Positions 12,635-24,283 of a stretch of DNA of 64,000 nucleotides are shown here, piece by piece. Source of the stretch: Camelus ferus (taxonomy: Eukaryota); the NCBI RefSeq assembly GCF_009834535.1, contig NC_045698.1:1924001-1988000 (forward strand). The letters are read 5' to 3'. Under the pieces are notes generated by a model. It was not told where the DNA came from, searched no databases, and worked only from the letters and a program-made list of their open reading frames with translations. The position numbers and the translations under genes were made by a program. Every line of letters starts with the position of its first letter. The stretch's first letter is position 1.

Positions 12635-13273
12635 TGCTGGTGGATGCAACCAGTGTTCCAGGGTCTTGTCCCGTCCCAGGAAGAATTCAGAGACAAGACA
12701 TGGTGGTTAAAAAAGTAAGGTGAGAACTTATTAATGGACAGTACACTCTCAAAGGGAGAGCGGGCAGGCTCAGGAGAGCGGCTGCCCTGAGTTTCTTTGG
12801 CAAGTTGGTTACACAGGGTGTAAAAATGAATGGGCAGAATATTCATTGGGGAGGGAAGGGCTTGGGGTTGCATTCCCTGATTATCATCCCCACTGCACCT
12901 TCCCAAAGGGAGGAGGGACTTTTGTCCTTATTTAGTCTGGATCGGAAGTGTCCCGGCGTCGGTGCAGGATGGGTACTTCTGATCTGCAAGGCTCATTTTA
13001 TTGAAATGAGGGCATAATGAACAAAAGGTTACAGTTGGACACTGGAAACTCCTGCCTTTTCTCACCTTTCTTTGTTTGTCTCCAGGCCAAAAGGTGTGTC
13101 CCCTTATCAGCCCAAAGATTCCTGCTTTTCTTTCTCTGCTCCTGGACCCCTGGTGATTACGTGATGTGTGGTTTCCTGCATTTGGCCTGTGCCCCTCCTT
13201 TCTGCCCAGTTCCTACCATGTGGCCTGTGTCCCCCTTTCTCCGCTCATATCTAGCTGTCTGCCTGCTCTGACA
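12635..13273 (-). mobile_element. ERV1-class (MER4-group-like) solo LTR
   Basis: Minus strand begins TGTCAGAGCAGGCAGACAGCTAGATATGAGC and ends ...CATCCACCAGCA (TG...CA), ~640 bp. It has an R/U5-like tract gagagtgtactgtccattaataag ... tgtctctgaattcttcctggg and an internal U3 repeat agaaagg...cacaggcca twice. No internal gag/pol sequence adjacent. Confidence 0.75.
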
Positions 13274-14224
13274 AGAGGAGCGGGCTCGGTGGAGCCCGAC
13301 TGCCTGGGGGTCGGACTTGGGGCTGATTTGGTGCCAGACCACACCACGTTACCGGCGAGCCCCACGTTAAACGTCCAACTTCCCAGCGCCCTCCCGTCCC
13401 CTCGTGGCCCAGCCCTAGTGCCCTGACCCAGCGGTGGCTCCTGTGGCAGGAGGAGACTTCTGGGTTGACAAGGGCTTCCACTCCCACAGCTGCAAGCCGC
13501 AGTTGCCACGGCAAGTCATCATTTTGTGTCGATCCAAAAATCAGATCACTTTCTACCTCAGATAACTTCATAAGAGACGCGGAAGCCTATTCCGTTCGGG
13601 GCAAACCCCTTCGGTTTAGTTCTGGGCCCCATTCTTCCTTCTCTACATGCAAGGTCACCCTTCCAAGGTCTTCGAGCATCGAGGCATGAGGGAGGACCCG
13701 GCCGTGAGCACTCCTGCATCCTCTGTCCCGGCAGGCGTGTGGTCAGGCCACTCAGGATGCTGCCCTCCTGTTCCCTGCACATCCCCTGCTGGACCAGCAC
13801 CTGCTTCACTGCTGTGACTCACAGGACTGACCTTCCTACACACTGCCACTCCCTTCCCTACCCCAGGTGGTGACTGTTCTTAGCAGAGGGGCAGAGAGGG
13901 CAGGGCCTTCTGCAGGTCCCCCTGGTAACTGGTGAGCTAACAACTGTCCCTATGACCCATAACCTGCGGCAGCCCCACGGTGGGGGACTCGCTCCAGGAC
14001 CTGGCTTCAGACTTGCGAGCTCCCCCATCCCTCGACACTTTCTTTGGTCTTGCAGCTGGGTGAGTCCAGGCCTGCAGGCCTGCGGGGTGCACCCAACAGC
14101 GAGCTCCCAATCCGCTCGCCTGCCTTCTCCTTCAGGTGCTGGGAGAACGCTGAACACCTGTTGTCCAGCTGGCCCCCGCTGAGGCCGTTTCTGGTCCTTT
14201 CAGATCCCCAAGCCCTCCTGGGGC

Positions 14225-14460
14225 GTCCATCCTCCCCCGCCCCCTCTCAATCAGGAGATGGGCTCCGCCCCGGCTCACCGGCACCCCTCTAGGCCGTGCA
14301 CTTCTGATGGGGGAGGAGCAAGCTGGCCCCTCCCCCGCCCTTTCCCTGGGGGAGGGGGCTGCTGGTTAGGGGAGAATGTGACCCCATCTCACCCCAGCTA
14401 GAGGGGATTTAGGCTGATAAACTCGCAGCTCAGGCAGATGAGAAAGCTTTATCTCTCACA
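14225..14460. promoter_or_regulatory. GC-box/GATA/E-box motif cluster, candidate enhancer or promoter
   Basis: Sp/KLF boxes at 14231-14243, 14263-14271 and 14327-14340; TGATAA 14415-14420; CAGATG 14435-14440; TTATCT 14449-14454. Confidence 0.3.
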
Positions 14461-14889
14461 ACTATCATCCCCATCATGAATCTCAAAAGCTTACTTTATT
14501 CCTTAAAAGCCATGAACTGGTGGCTTTGTTCTTCGTCATCCCTTCCCTGAAGCTGTAAGCTTGAAATGCCTCCACCCCCGGCTGTTTCCAATGGGGAAAA
14601 GGGCCAGGAGGGAAGTAAATTAGAGGGTGTGGAGCACCTTGGTTGATACACTTACCTCACATTTAATTTAAGGACTTCAGTCCTGAAAACTCTGCCCTTA
14701 AGTGAAGAGCCAGTACATGAAAAAAAGTTTTTCTCCATTGATTTCAGTGAGATAATTGACGATGTGTTCCCAAGAGACTCAAATAATTTTCCCAAAGGGG
14801 GAAAAAAAATCAGTTGAAGAAGAGCAAGTTTATATAAATAATAAGCAACAATTCTAAAGGAAGTGCGTGCAAAGTTTGCACATAATACG

Positions 14890-15272
14890 TAGTGTACTGA
14901 GTGGAACAAGTCAGACAAGGAGAAATATCATACAAGGTGACTTACAGGTGAAACCTCAACAGAATGACACAGATGAGCTTATTTACAAAGCAGAAACAGA
15001 CTCACAGACAGAAAACGAACTTATGGCTCCCAAAGGGGGAAAGGGGGTTGGGAGGGATAAACTGGGAGTTCGAGATTTGCAGATACACACAACTGTATAT
15101 AAAACAGATATACAACAGGGTCCTACTGTACAGCACAGGGAACTATATTCAGTATCTCGTAATTGTCTATAATGAAAAGGAATGTATATGTGCGTGTATA
15201 ACTGAACCACTATGCTGCATGCCAGAAACTAACAGAATATTGCAAAACGACTATATTTCAATAAAAAATTTA
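14890..15272 (+). mobile_element. Artiodactyl-type L1 3' end, 5'-truncated
   Basis: gagcttatttacaaagcagaaacagactcacagac ... gggagggataaactgggagttcgagatttgcagatac ... tacagcacagggaactatattcagtatc ... tttcaataaaaaa. Confidence 0.9.
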
Positions 15273-16920
15273 AGAATATATAATTTTATATATGTATATA
15301 TCACCTTTTTTTTTCTTTATGCCCCATAACCATCTCCATTTTAAAAATCTTTTGCAGCTGATGAATATCTTGCATTCAAACTGCAGTAACAGCAAAGTTA
15401 TAAGGCAAGAAACCAACTTCAGGGCAAAATAAAGCCTCAGCACGAGTCCTCGGACACCTGCTGAACGAGGCGGCTGCACTATAAACCCGAAGGTCTTCCA
15501 GGAGTGTCATCTTCATCCCTCTCACACACAGACATGAGATGGGGGCCCCCCAGTACCTCGCCCCACACTGATCGCTGCAGGATCTCTTGGGCTTCCCAGA
15601 ACACTTGCTGCTCCTGTGGAAACTCGGTGCCCCGATGCCGCCTCTCCTCTGAGTAGTCATCCAGGGCCAGGACTCGCCGGCTTTGACTGTCCTGGGCAAA
15701 GAACATCCTCCACGTCAAGCCCGTGAACCCCAGGGCCCACTTCCCAGAGCAGGACTCCTCTGACTGCCTGGGTGGGCTCCTCCTTGCTGCGGCTGGTCAG
15801 GGAAAGGCCGCACTCTCTGCAGGAATAGCTTCCTTGTTTCAGGAGAGCTTTCCGTGGTTCTGAAAGAGACTTTGATTTTTCTTGGTAAGTCAAGTAAGTT
15901 GGTGAGAATTTTTACCTGGAAACATAATATGAAATGCCACTTCTAACAGCACCTCTACTTCCTGTGATTCTTTCAAAGAAGTCACTATGAGAGTCAGTAT
16001 CCGGAGCCTCTATGATGAACAGTTGTTACCTGCACCCTCGTGCCAGGTGAGTGTACATCCAGAAACCCAGGGCTGCCTTGGCAAAGCTGTGTCTACAAAT
16101 ACAATTTTTCCTGTTCTAAAATACATCCCTTTTATTCTACTTAAATAAGGCAAAGCCCTAGCCACTCACAACATTATATTAAGACACAAAGACTGGGCTG
16201 AGATACAAATGAAGATGCCTCAAATACATTATTGACTGAATTCATTGCTGTTGCCCATTTACAGAAACCAGTACATCTTCCAACCACAGCTTCGTGGTCA
16301 GTAGATATCTTTTGAAGGACCAATGTGACAGACAAGCCTTTGAACCCCTGACCCCCACATTGTTCAAGGGAGGATGCGCCAGCACCGGCCACACCGCGTG
16401 CTCCTGGGCACGTCTATTGCATGCATGGGTGTTCTTTTCCAAGCAGGACTGAATGCCTTCTTGGGAGGGAGACTGTGCTTTATGCTTACGTGAATAAATA
16501 CATCATCACACAAGACGCTGAGACTCAGGTAGCCACCACTCAGCCCTGGATTGGTTCCTAAAAGGTACACATCTTAGCTGTTAAAATATCCATGATATGG
16601 GATAAAATCAAATTGGTACTACAAGTTGGAAAAAAATCACAGAACCTCAGGTTTGAACTTGGACCATTCACACCTGAATTCCCAAGAAGGGTCCTCTAGG
16701 CTCTGTCATTTCTTTTTAGTGACATTATGAATCATTTCAGCCCAGCTTGAATAGTTCTGGATATTTGATTTTAGCTCAGTGTAAAGGAAAACGTCCTCTT
16801 TTGTCATTTGTTTACCCTGATACAGTCCCATACGAGGGACCATGAAATGTTAAGTCTGAGAGGTTGAAGGCAGTTGACACCAGCATCTCAAGTCTCTTCT
16901 CCAGGCTAAAAACCCAGATG

Positions 16921-19179
16921 TATTTGAATAGACCAATCACTACAAGTGAAATAGAATCTGTGATTTAAAAAAAAAAGCAAAAGCACAACAAAAACAAAAC
17001 AACTCCCTGCAAATGGAAGTCCAGGACTGGACAGCTATGCTGGCAAATTCTACCAAACATGTAAAGAACTTACACCTACCCTTCTCAAATTCCAAAAATT
17101 GAAGAGGAAGCAATGCTTCCAAATTAATTCTAGGAAGCCACCATCACCCTGATACCAAAACCAGACAAAGACACTACAACAAAAGAAAATTACAAATCAA
17201 TATCTTTGATGAATAAGGATGCAAACATTTTTAACACAATATTACCAAACTGAATCCAACAATACATAAAAAGAGTTATACACCATGTTCAAGCTAAATT
17301 TATTCCAGGGTCACAAGGATGGTTCAACATGTAAATCAATCAAAGTGATACACCACACAAAAGGAAGGAAAAACAAAAAACACATGATTATCTCAATAGA
17401 GGCAGATAAAGCATTTGACAAAACTCAGCATCCATTCGTGACAAAATCTCTCAACAAAGTGGGTGTATAGGGAACATGTCTCAACATGACACTCAGCGGT
17501 GAAAAGCTGAGAGCCTTCCTGCTAAACTCGGGAGCGACACAGGATGCCCACCCTCACCAATTCCATTTAACACGGTATTGGAAGTCCTTGCCACGATAAC
17601 CAGACAAAGAAAGAAATAAAATGTGTGAAGATTGGAAAAAAAGAGGTAAAACTGCCATTGTTTGCAGATAATGTGACATTCTATATAGAGAACCCCAAAG
17701 TTTCCAATCAAAAACTATCAGGACTGATGAATGAATTTAGCGAGGCTGCGGGAGGTGAGAGCAACATGCAGACATCTGCTCGTTTCTATACACTAATAAC
17801 GGAATATCACCCAAAAGGAAGGAGGCGAAAGACCTACACACTGAGAACCATAAACCACTGATGAAGCAAACTGAAGATAATTCAAAGAAATTGGAAAGAT
17901 ATTCTGTGTTCTTGGATTAGAAGAGTCAGTGTTCTTAAAATGGCCATACACCCAAAACAATCTACAGATTTAATGCAATCCTTATCAAAATACTTGGGAC
18001 ATTTTTCACAGAACTAGAGGAAATAATCCTAACATTTATATGAAACCACAAAAGACACCAAATTGCAAAAGCAATCCTGAGAAAAAAGAACAACGCTTGA
18101 GGCAAACCTTTCCAAACTTCAGACAGTACTGCAGAGCCACAGCAATCAAAGTACTGTGGTACTGGCACAAAAACAAACACATAGATCAACGGAACAGAAT
18201 GGAGAGCCCAGCAATAAGCCCACACACCTACAGTCAATTAATCTATTACAAAGAAGGCAAGAATATATAATGAAGAAAAGATAGTCCCTTCCTCAAGTGG
18301 TGCTGGGAAAGCTGGACAGCTACATGTCAATCAACGAAGTTAGAACACTCCCTCACTCCATACACAAAAATAAACTCAAAATGGATTAAAGATCTAACTG
18401 TAAGACGTGAAACCATAAAACTCCTAGAAGAAAACATAGGCAAAACACTCTTTGACATAAATTGTAGCACTATTTTCTTGGCTCTGTCTCCTAAGAATAA
18501 AGAAATAAATGCAAAAGTAGACAACTGGGACCTAATCAAACTTAAAAGCTTTTTCACAGCAAAGGAAACCATCAACAAAACAAAAAGGCAACATATGGAA
18601 TGAGAGAAAATATTTGTGAATGATGAGACAAGCAAGGAGTTAATATACAAAATATGCAAACAGCTCATACAACTCAGCATCAAAAAACAAAACAAAACAA
18701 AACAATCCAGTCAAAAAGTGGTCAGAAGACTTGAATAGACATTTTTCCAAAGATAACATACAACTGGACAACAGGAACATGAAAAGGTGCTCAATATTGC
18801 TAATAATTAGAGAAACAAAATCAAAACTACAGTGAGGCATCATCTCACGCAGGTCAGAATGGTCATCATAAAATGACCACAGGAAACAAATGTTGGAAAG
18901 AATGTGGAGAAAAGCGGACCCTCCTACACTGCTGGTAGGAAAGTCAATTGGTGCAGCTACTGTGAAGAACACAGTGGGAGGGTCCTTAGAAATCTAAAAA
19001 TAGAACCACCATGTGATCCAGCAATCCCACTCCTAGGTATATATCTAGAAAAATACAAAAACAATAATTTGAAAAGATTCATGGACACCAGTGTTTATAG
19101 CAGCACTATTTGCAATACCAAGGTACGGAAACAAACCAAATGTCCCTCAACAGACAATTCACTTCAGAAGATGTAGTGT

Positions 19180-19227
<48 letters not shown>

Positions 19228-19494
19228 TGGAGTATTACTCAGTCATGAAAAAGAATGAAATTCTGCCATTGGCAGCAACATGGGTGGACCCACACTTAGT
19301 GAAATAAGTCAGACAGAGAAAGACAAGTGCTGTACATTATCCTTGACACATGGAATTGAGAAAATCATGCAAATGAATCTAAATACAAACTAGAAACAGG
19401 CTCATAGACATAGAAAACAAACTAGTGGTTACCAAAGGGGAAAGGCGAGTGCAAATTAGGAGCATGAGATTAACAGATACAAAAAGTCCATCAA
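16921..19494 (+). mobile_element. 5'-truncated L1 with decayed ORF2 (RT domain and C-terminus) and partial 3' UTR
   Basis: ORF-track fragments give L1 ORF2 motifs [37 protein letters not shown] (FADD box decayed), TAIKVLWYWHKNKHIDQ and PCDPAIPLLGIYLE. They are interrupted by stops, frameshifts and deletions. Diverged TSD-like flanks at 16907-16920 and 19495-19508 (12/14 identical). Confidence 0.95.
19176..19226. repeat. (TG)n microsatellite within L1
   Basis: Uninterrupted (TG)21 at 19185-19226 plus a short degenerate lead-in. Confidence 0.97.
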
Positions 19495-21314
19495 TAAAAG
19501 CCCAGGTGCCGCTTCCAGCTGTCATGTGGGTAGCGGTCTCCTCACCAGAACCCCGGCCCGCACCCCCAGACGAGCCCTCCTCAAGCAGCATCCCTGCAGT
19601 CGGCGCTTGGCCAGAGCAGGGCAGCCGTTGGCCCCCTTGTCTGTGCAGAAGGGCGTCTCACGCTAGCACAAGCCTACATGCAGACGGGCAGCAAGCTGTG
19701 AGCAAGCTTCAGATCAGAAGCTCGTTTTATTAACACCCTTGAGTTGTCTTCCCCCACCTTCCCACTTGAAGAGACCAACATGGAACAAGCAACCTATCCG
19801 GAGCGAGTCAGAGACCCAGAGCTGCTGTCTCTGTCTCAGGATGAGAGGAGGCGGCACCACCTACACCCCAGCAGTTAAGGGGGTAAATCCACTTGTGGTT
19901 AAACCAGCTAATCTGGGAATAAAGACCTGCCAAGGTAATGAAGAACTCAGGCATTTCCAAGAAACTGGATTAACTTATCACAATACAGAGCTTAGCATCT
20001 TCAGGGTGACTGTTCTAAAAACTCGAAAGTGCCCTGCAGACCAGACATCGTCTCGTTCAGCCCGGGGAGGTGGGGGGAGGCTGGCACTGTCACCTTGTGT
20101 TCCACGTGGGGAGGAGTCAGGGCAAACCTCCACCGGCAGCCTGACCACGGACCGCATTAAAATGGGCTGGATACTTCAAGAAAATAATACCCTTTAGCTG
20201 CTCTGCATATCTGATCACGTTACTGAAAAGAAACTGTTATAAATGACAAATGCATTTTTTAAAAAGCTGATTTTGTATTCTTCTGGAAAGGGGGTTGACG
20301 GCAGCAGCTCAGTTTTAGAAGACATGCCTTGCTGAGGGTGGGATGCAGCAAGATCCTCCATGATGGCAAGATTTGCCCTTCCTGATTCCAACGGCCTCCA
20401 AGGATGAGATCTGAAAATGGATGATTGACTTATAAATGCTGCCCACAGAAGGTTCTGGATGCTTGGAGCCAGTGGGGTGTTGAGATCCAATCCAGGGAGC
20501 AGGAGAAGTGGAGGGGAGGGAAGGGGAGACGGGATGAAACACTGTTTGCTGGTGATTCACCGATTTGGAAGTTTTAATGACACACGGGGACCTTCTAGAC
20601 TCTTCTCTTTGGAGACCCTGAATGGAGACAGAGCGAAGGGCCGGTGACGCTGGGTGCAGAGAGGAAGACGACGGACAGACTCGGTTAAGCTCATTTTGCT
20701 CTTTGCTAACCTCGGACAAGTTCTGGGTAATTAACAGGGTGGTTTCAGACCGAGGGGGAGAGAGAGGCCCAGCGTTTCCTCTGGGGCCCAACACTGCACC
20801 CCCAGGTGCGAGTCCTCCCCTCGCCCGGGCTTCTCTTTGGACCGAGCACGTACAGTTGGCATCTTCATTCCTGCGCTCGGCGGAGCTCCCTGGTGGCTCA
20901 GCTCTCGTGTATAGACTTCCTCGGACATTTCATGTACTTACTGATTTTTAATCTATATTTTTGCTTTAAAGCCAGAATATTGCATTCCTCGGTGGGACGG
21001 CATTGAATGTGATGGCTGCCTAGGTCCATGACACTGTGCCAGGGCTGGACCATGGCTCTGTGGGTGTCACCCTTCTCGCCGAGTCACAGATGCCTCTTCC
21101 TTGTAAGGATGACGCTGTGGTTTGGATTTTGCCCCTTCTTTTCGAGGCTGTCTGCACCTGCGTGAGACCACGGCCTTCTTAGGCTTGAGGGTGAGGTGGT
21201 TGAGAGCACCCGTGTGAAATTTCTCGCAGGTCACTGAGCGGCTAAGGGAGGAGGCAGCCAGCCTTGGGAGGCAAGGGCCTGTGGACGGGCTGTGCACCTG
21301 CAGGCTCACCGAGA

Positions 21315-21445
21315 CCCGGTGGTGCAGTGGGCAGCTTGGCATCAGTCTGCCTGCTTGTTGCCATGGGTGATGCAGCCTCTTCTGCTTTAGTCTGCACATC
21401 CAGAAAATGGGAACAAGATGGTACCCACCTCAGAGGATTAAAGTA
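21315..21445 (+). mobile_element. MIR relic
   Basis: Core-like tract ctttagtctgcacatccagaaaatgggaacaagatggtacccacctcagaggattaaag. Confidence 0.55.
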
Positions 21446-21458
21446 ACCAGGCATAAAA

Positions 21459-22320
21459 TGTTTGGGTGAAAATGGCCCCCCCAGAGCCCGTGACTATGTT
21501 CTGTTACACGGCAATGGGGGCTTTGCAGCATAATTAGGTCACAGGCTTTACGACAGGGAGGGTCCCCTGAGTGGCTGAGGTGGGCGCAGTCTAGCCCTGG
21601 AACTGCTGTAACAAAGCTCCAGAGACTTGAGCAACAGACACTTGTCCTCTCACGGTCTGGAGGCTGGATGTCCAAGGTCAAGGAGTCGGGAGGGCTGGCT
21701 CCTTTTGAGTCAGTGAGGAGAAGCTGCTCCAGGCCCCTCCCTAGCTCTGGGGGTTCACCAGCGATCGCCATCTCTGCCTTCATGTGCATGTGGCTTTCTG
21801 CCTCTTGTGTGTCTGTACGAATGTGCCCTTCTTACAAGGACACCAGTCACGCTGCACCAGGCCCACCCCCACGACCTCCTCTGAACCTGATCATCTGCAA
21901 AAGCCCTACTTCAAATAAGACTCCTCCCAGGCCCAGGAGCTGGGACGGCAGCGTCTTCTGGGGGCACAGCCACTCCCCACGGGCCCTCGTGAGCACAGAG
22001 CTTCCTTGGGCTGGGGTCCCAGAGACTGGAGGGAAAGGGAGAAGGCTGGGGACCAAGAGGGCCAGATGCTGTCGGGTCCACAGGTGCCATGGAAAGGAGA
22101 CAGCGGGAGGAACCGGGGCCTCAGCTCCAGGAGCACCAGGAGCTGACCGCTGCTACCCCTGAGCGACAGGAGGCCGACTCCGCAGGGCCTCCAGGAGCCC
22201 CTCCTGCAGGGGCCCCGCCCAGCCACCCGGGCTTCCAAGCTGTGGGGAGAGGACATGTGTGCCATTTTAAGACACCAACTTGGTGGTAACTTGTTAAGGA
22301 AGACACAGAAAACCAATACA
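21459..22320 (+). mobile_element. MaLR LTR (MLT1E/F-like), split by a nested LTR
   Basis: 5' part tgtttgggtgaaaatggccccc ... tgttacacggcaatgggggctttgcagcataattaggtcac. 3' part ends ttttaagacaccaacttggtggtaacttgtt ... gaaaaccaataca, a typical MLT1 terminus. Confidence 0.7.
21588..21982 (-). mobile_element. MaLR LTR (MLT1A-C-like) nested in opposite orientation
   Basis: ctgctgtaacaaa ... ctcacggtctggaggctggatgtccaaggtcaagg ... ttcttacaaggacaccagtcac ... catctgcaaaagccctacttcaaataag. Confidence 0.8.
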
Positions 22321-23959
22321 AATGGGGGATAAAGGCCGTGCGCAGGGCCTGGCTCAACAAACAGCGCCTGTTTTGTACGACTCATCTTCTCAAGTGTGAG
22401 TACATTCTCCCCCGTCTCGCCACCCTTTGGAAGACATTGCATAGACTATGTGTGTTACCGAAGTGCCTGCTGGACGACGAGATGCCGTCAGTGTGTTCAG
22501 ACGCCATCTGTACAGAAAGCGACCTCCTGTGCAGGTGCCACCCCTTTCCCCAGAGGGAAGCCTGCTGGGCTGAGGGTTTCGCCTGCGTGTCTGTTTAATC
22601 GCGTCCACTACTTCCCAGTGCAAAGCGTGGCGGCTCAGGGCCGACATCCCTGCCAGGGGCGGCACCCGGGCTGCAGGGAGGGGGGCCCCGCCCAGAGGCA
22701 GAACTCAGCCCGCTTCCAGCTCTGCAGCCTCCGGGCCTGGGCCTCAGGGGCTTGTAAGGAATGCTGAGCCAACGACTACACTAAGGCCCGTTTCCGGGGG
22801 AATAAGGGACAGCCATTATGATGAGACTGAGAAATAGGGACCATTTATTGAAGCAAAGCCAGAATGTACCCAAGCACTGCTGCACATAATTTTCGGAAAC
22901 TCGGCTGTTGCAACACCGTGCCCACTGCCTGTCCTGCCCCCATTCGGCCCCTGGAGCTTCAGCCCCACCCGCACCCCCGGACTCAGCCGTGAACCCTCGC
23001 CTAGTCCAGGAGAGCTGACAGGTCCACTGGGCTTTGGGCAAAAACGAGCCAAATCAAGGCAGCCTTGCTGCTGAGAATGTGGACGACGTGTTTACTGAGC
23101 ACGTACCATGTCCTGGGATGGAAGCTAAGAGCTTTTTTCTTTTCTTCCCTTTTTTAAAAATTTAATCCTTTGAGAACAAGCCCCTCCCTCCAGGGGCTGT
23201 ACCATTTCCTTGTTCTGTGCTCAGAATACTGCGACCAGACATAAATCACTTGGCTATTTATTCTAGGAAATACTTGCTCCTGGAAGATAAGACCATTAAC
23301 AGATTCGCGTAGCTTACGTATCAAGCCTTATCAAGACCCTTGCTTTTGGAGACCCTCAGCTCCCTGGACCCAGCAGCTCCAAATGAGGGTGTCACACCCT
23401 GTGCCCACTTCCAGCACGGGAGCTGCCTCCTGGCCACCCCTCAACCTCTGCCCGCCCGCCCCCGGCTGCTCTGAACCTGGGACACAGCTCTGCTCGGGTG
23501 GCAGTTCTCCGGGGGTCTTGAGGGAGGGTGAGCGAGACGCTGAGGTCATGCCCCACCCACTTCACAGACGTGGACACTGAGGCAGAGAGAAGATCGCTGC
23601 TCACAAAGGCAGCCTCTGTGCCCTGACCTCCCACCTTGGTTCTGCAACTGGGGTCTTGTCACTTGAGTCTCCCTCCAGCAGGCCAGTCTCAGTTTTGATT
23701 CTGGGGTCTGGGTCCCTGCCTCTGACCTCGCCCATCCCCCGCAGGACTCGCGTCCACCTCTGAAGCCCAGGTAGGCCAGCCAAGGCCCGCCATCCGTGCA
23801 GCACTGCCTCCCGCCAGGGCCCGGCTCCAGGCCACGCCTGCGGGACACAGCCCTGTGCCTGTTTCTGTGGCTGGTGTCGCCGGGCCCTTCCTGGTCTGAC
23901 CAGCCCGGCCACAGACTGAGCCTGGTCCCCAAGGTATGAATCTTTGGTGCTTGATATTT

Positions 23960-24139
23960 TTTAAATTATTACTTAATTTATTTTTAATTGAAATATAGTC
24001 GATTTACAACGTTGTGTTAATTTCTGGTTACAGCAAAGTGATTCAGTTGTACACGTATATATATTCTTTTTCATTATAGGCTGTTGCAGGTGTTGAATAT
24101 AGTTCCCTGTGCTGTACAGGAGGAGCTTGCTGTTTATCT
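23960..24139 (-). mobile_element. Short 5'-truncated artiodactyl L1 with perfect 12-bp TSD
   Basis: L1 3' UTR on the minus strand (attgaaatatagtcgatttacaacgttg ... gttccctgtgctgtacag), flanked by TGCTTGATATTT at 23948-23959 and 24140-24151. Confidence 0.92.
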
Positions 24140-24283
24140 TGCTTGATATTTAGACACTTGAAAGTATTTCCTCTCTGGATTTCTGAATCCCATTACCCCA
24201 TGTCATCAATTAAGGTAACACTTTCTAATATTCTTAAATTAAATATTTCATGACCGTTTCCGTTCTGGGGTTATTTTGAGAAG

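Noticed and set aside
12620..12640. Primer-binding site next to the ERV LTR (TGGCGAGC)
   Set aside because: Wrong strand and side relative to the minus-strand LTR, and no internal proviral sequence follows.
15376..15893. Possible processed pseudogene (protein-like peptides such as MFFAQDSQSRRVLALDDYSEE)
   Set aside because: I could not match any frame to a known protein and saw no poly(A) tail or TSD. A BLASTX search would settle it.
16921..19494. Functional reverse transcriptase gene
   Set aside because: Multiple stops, frameshifts and deletions; the catalytic FADD reads FADN; the element is 5'-truncated.
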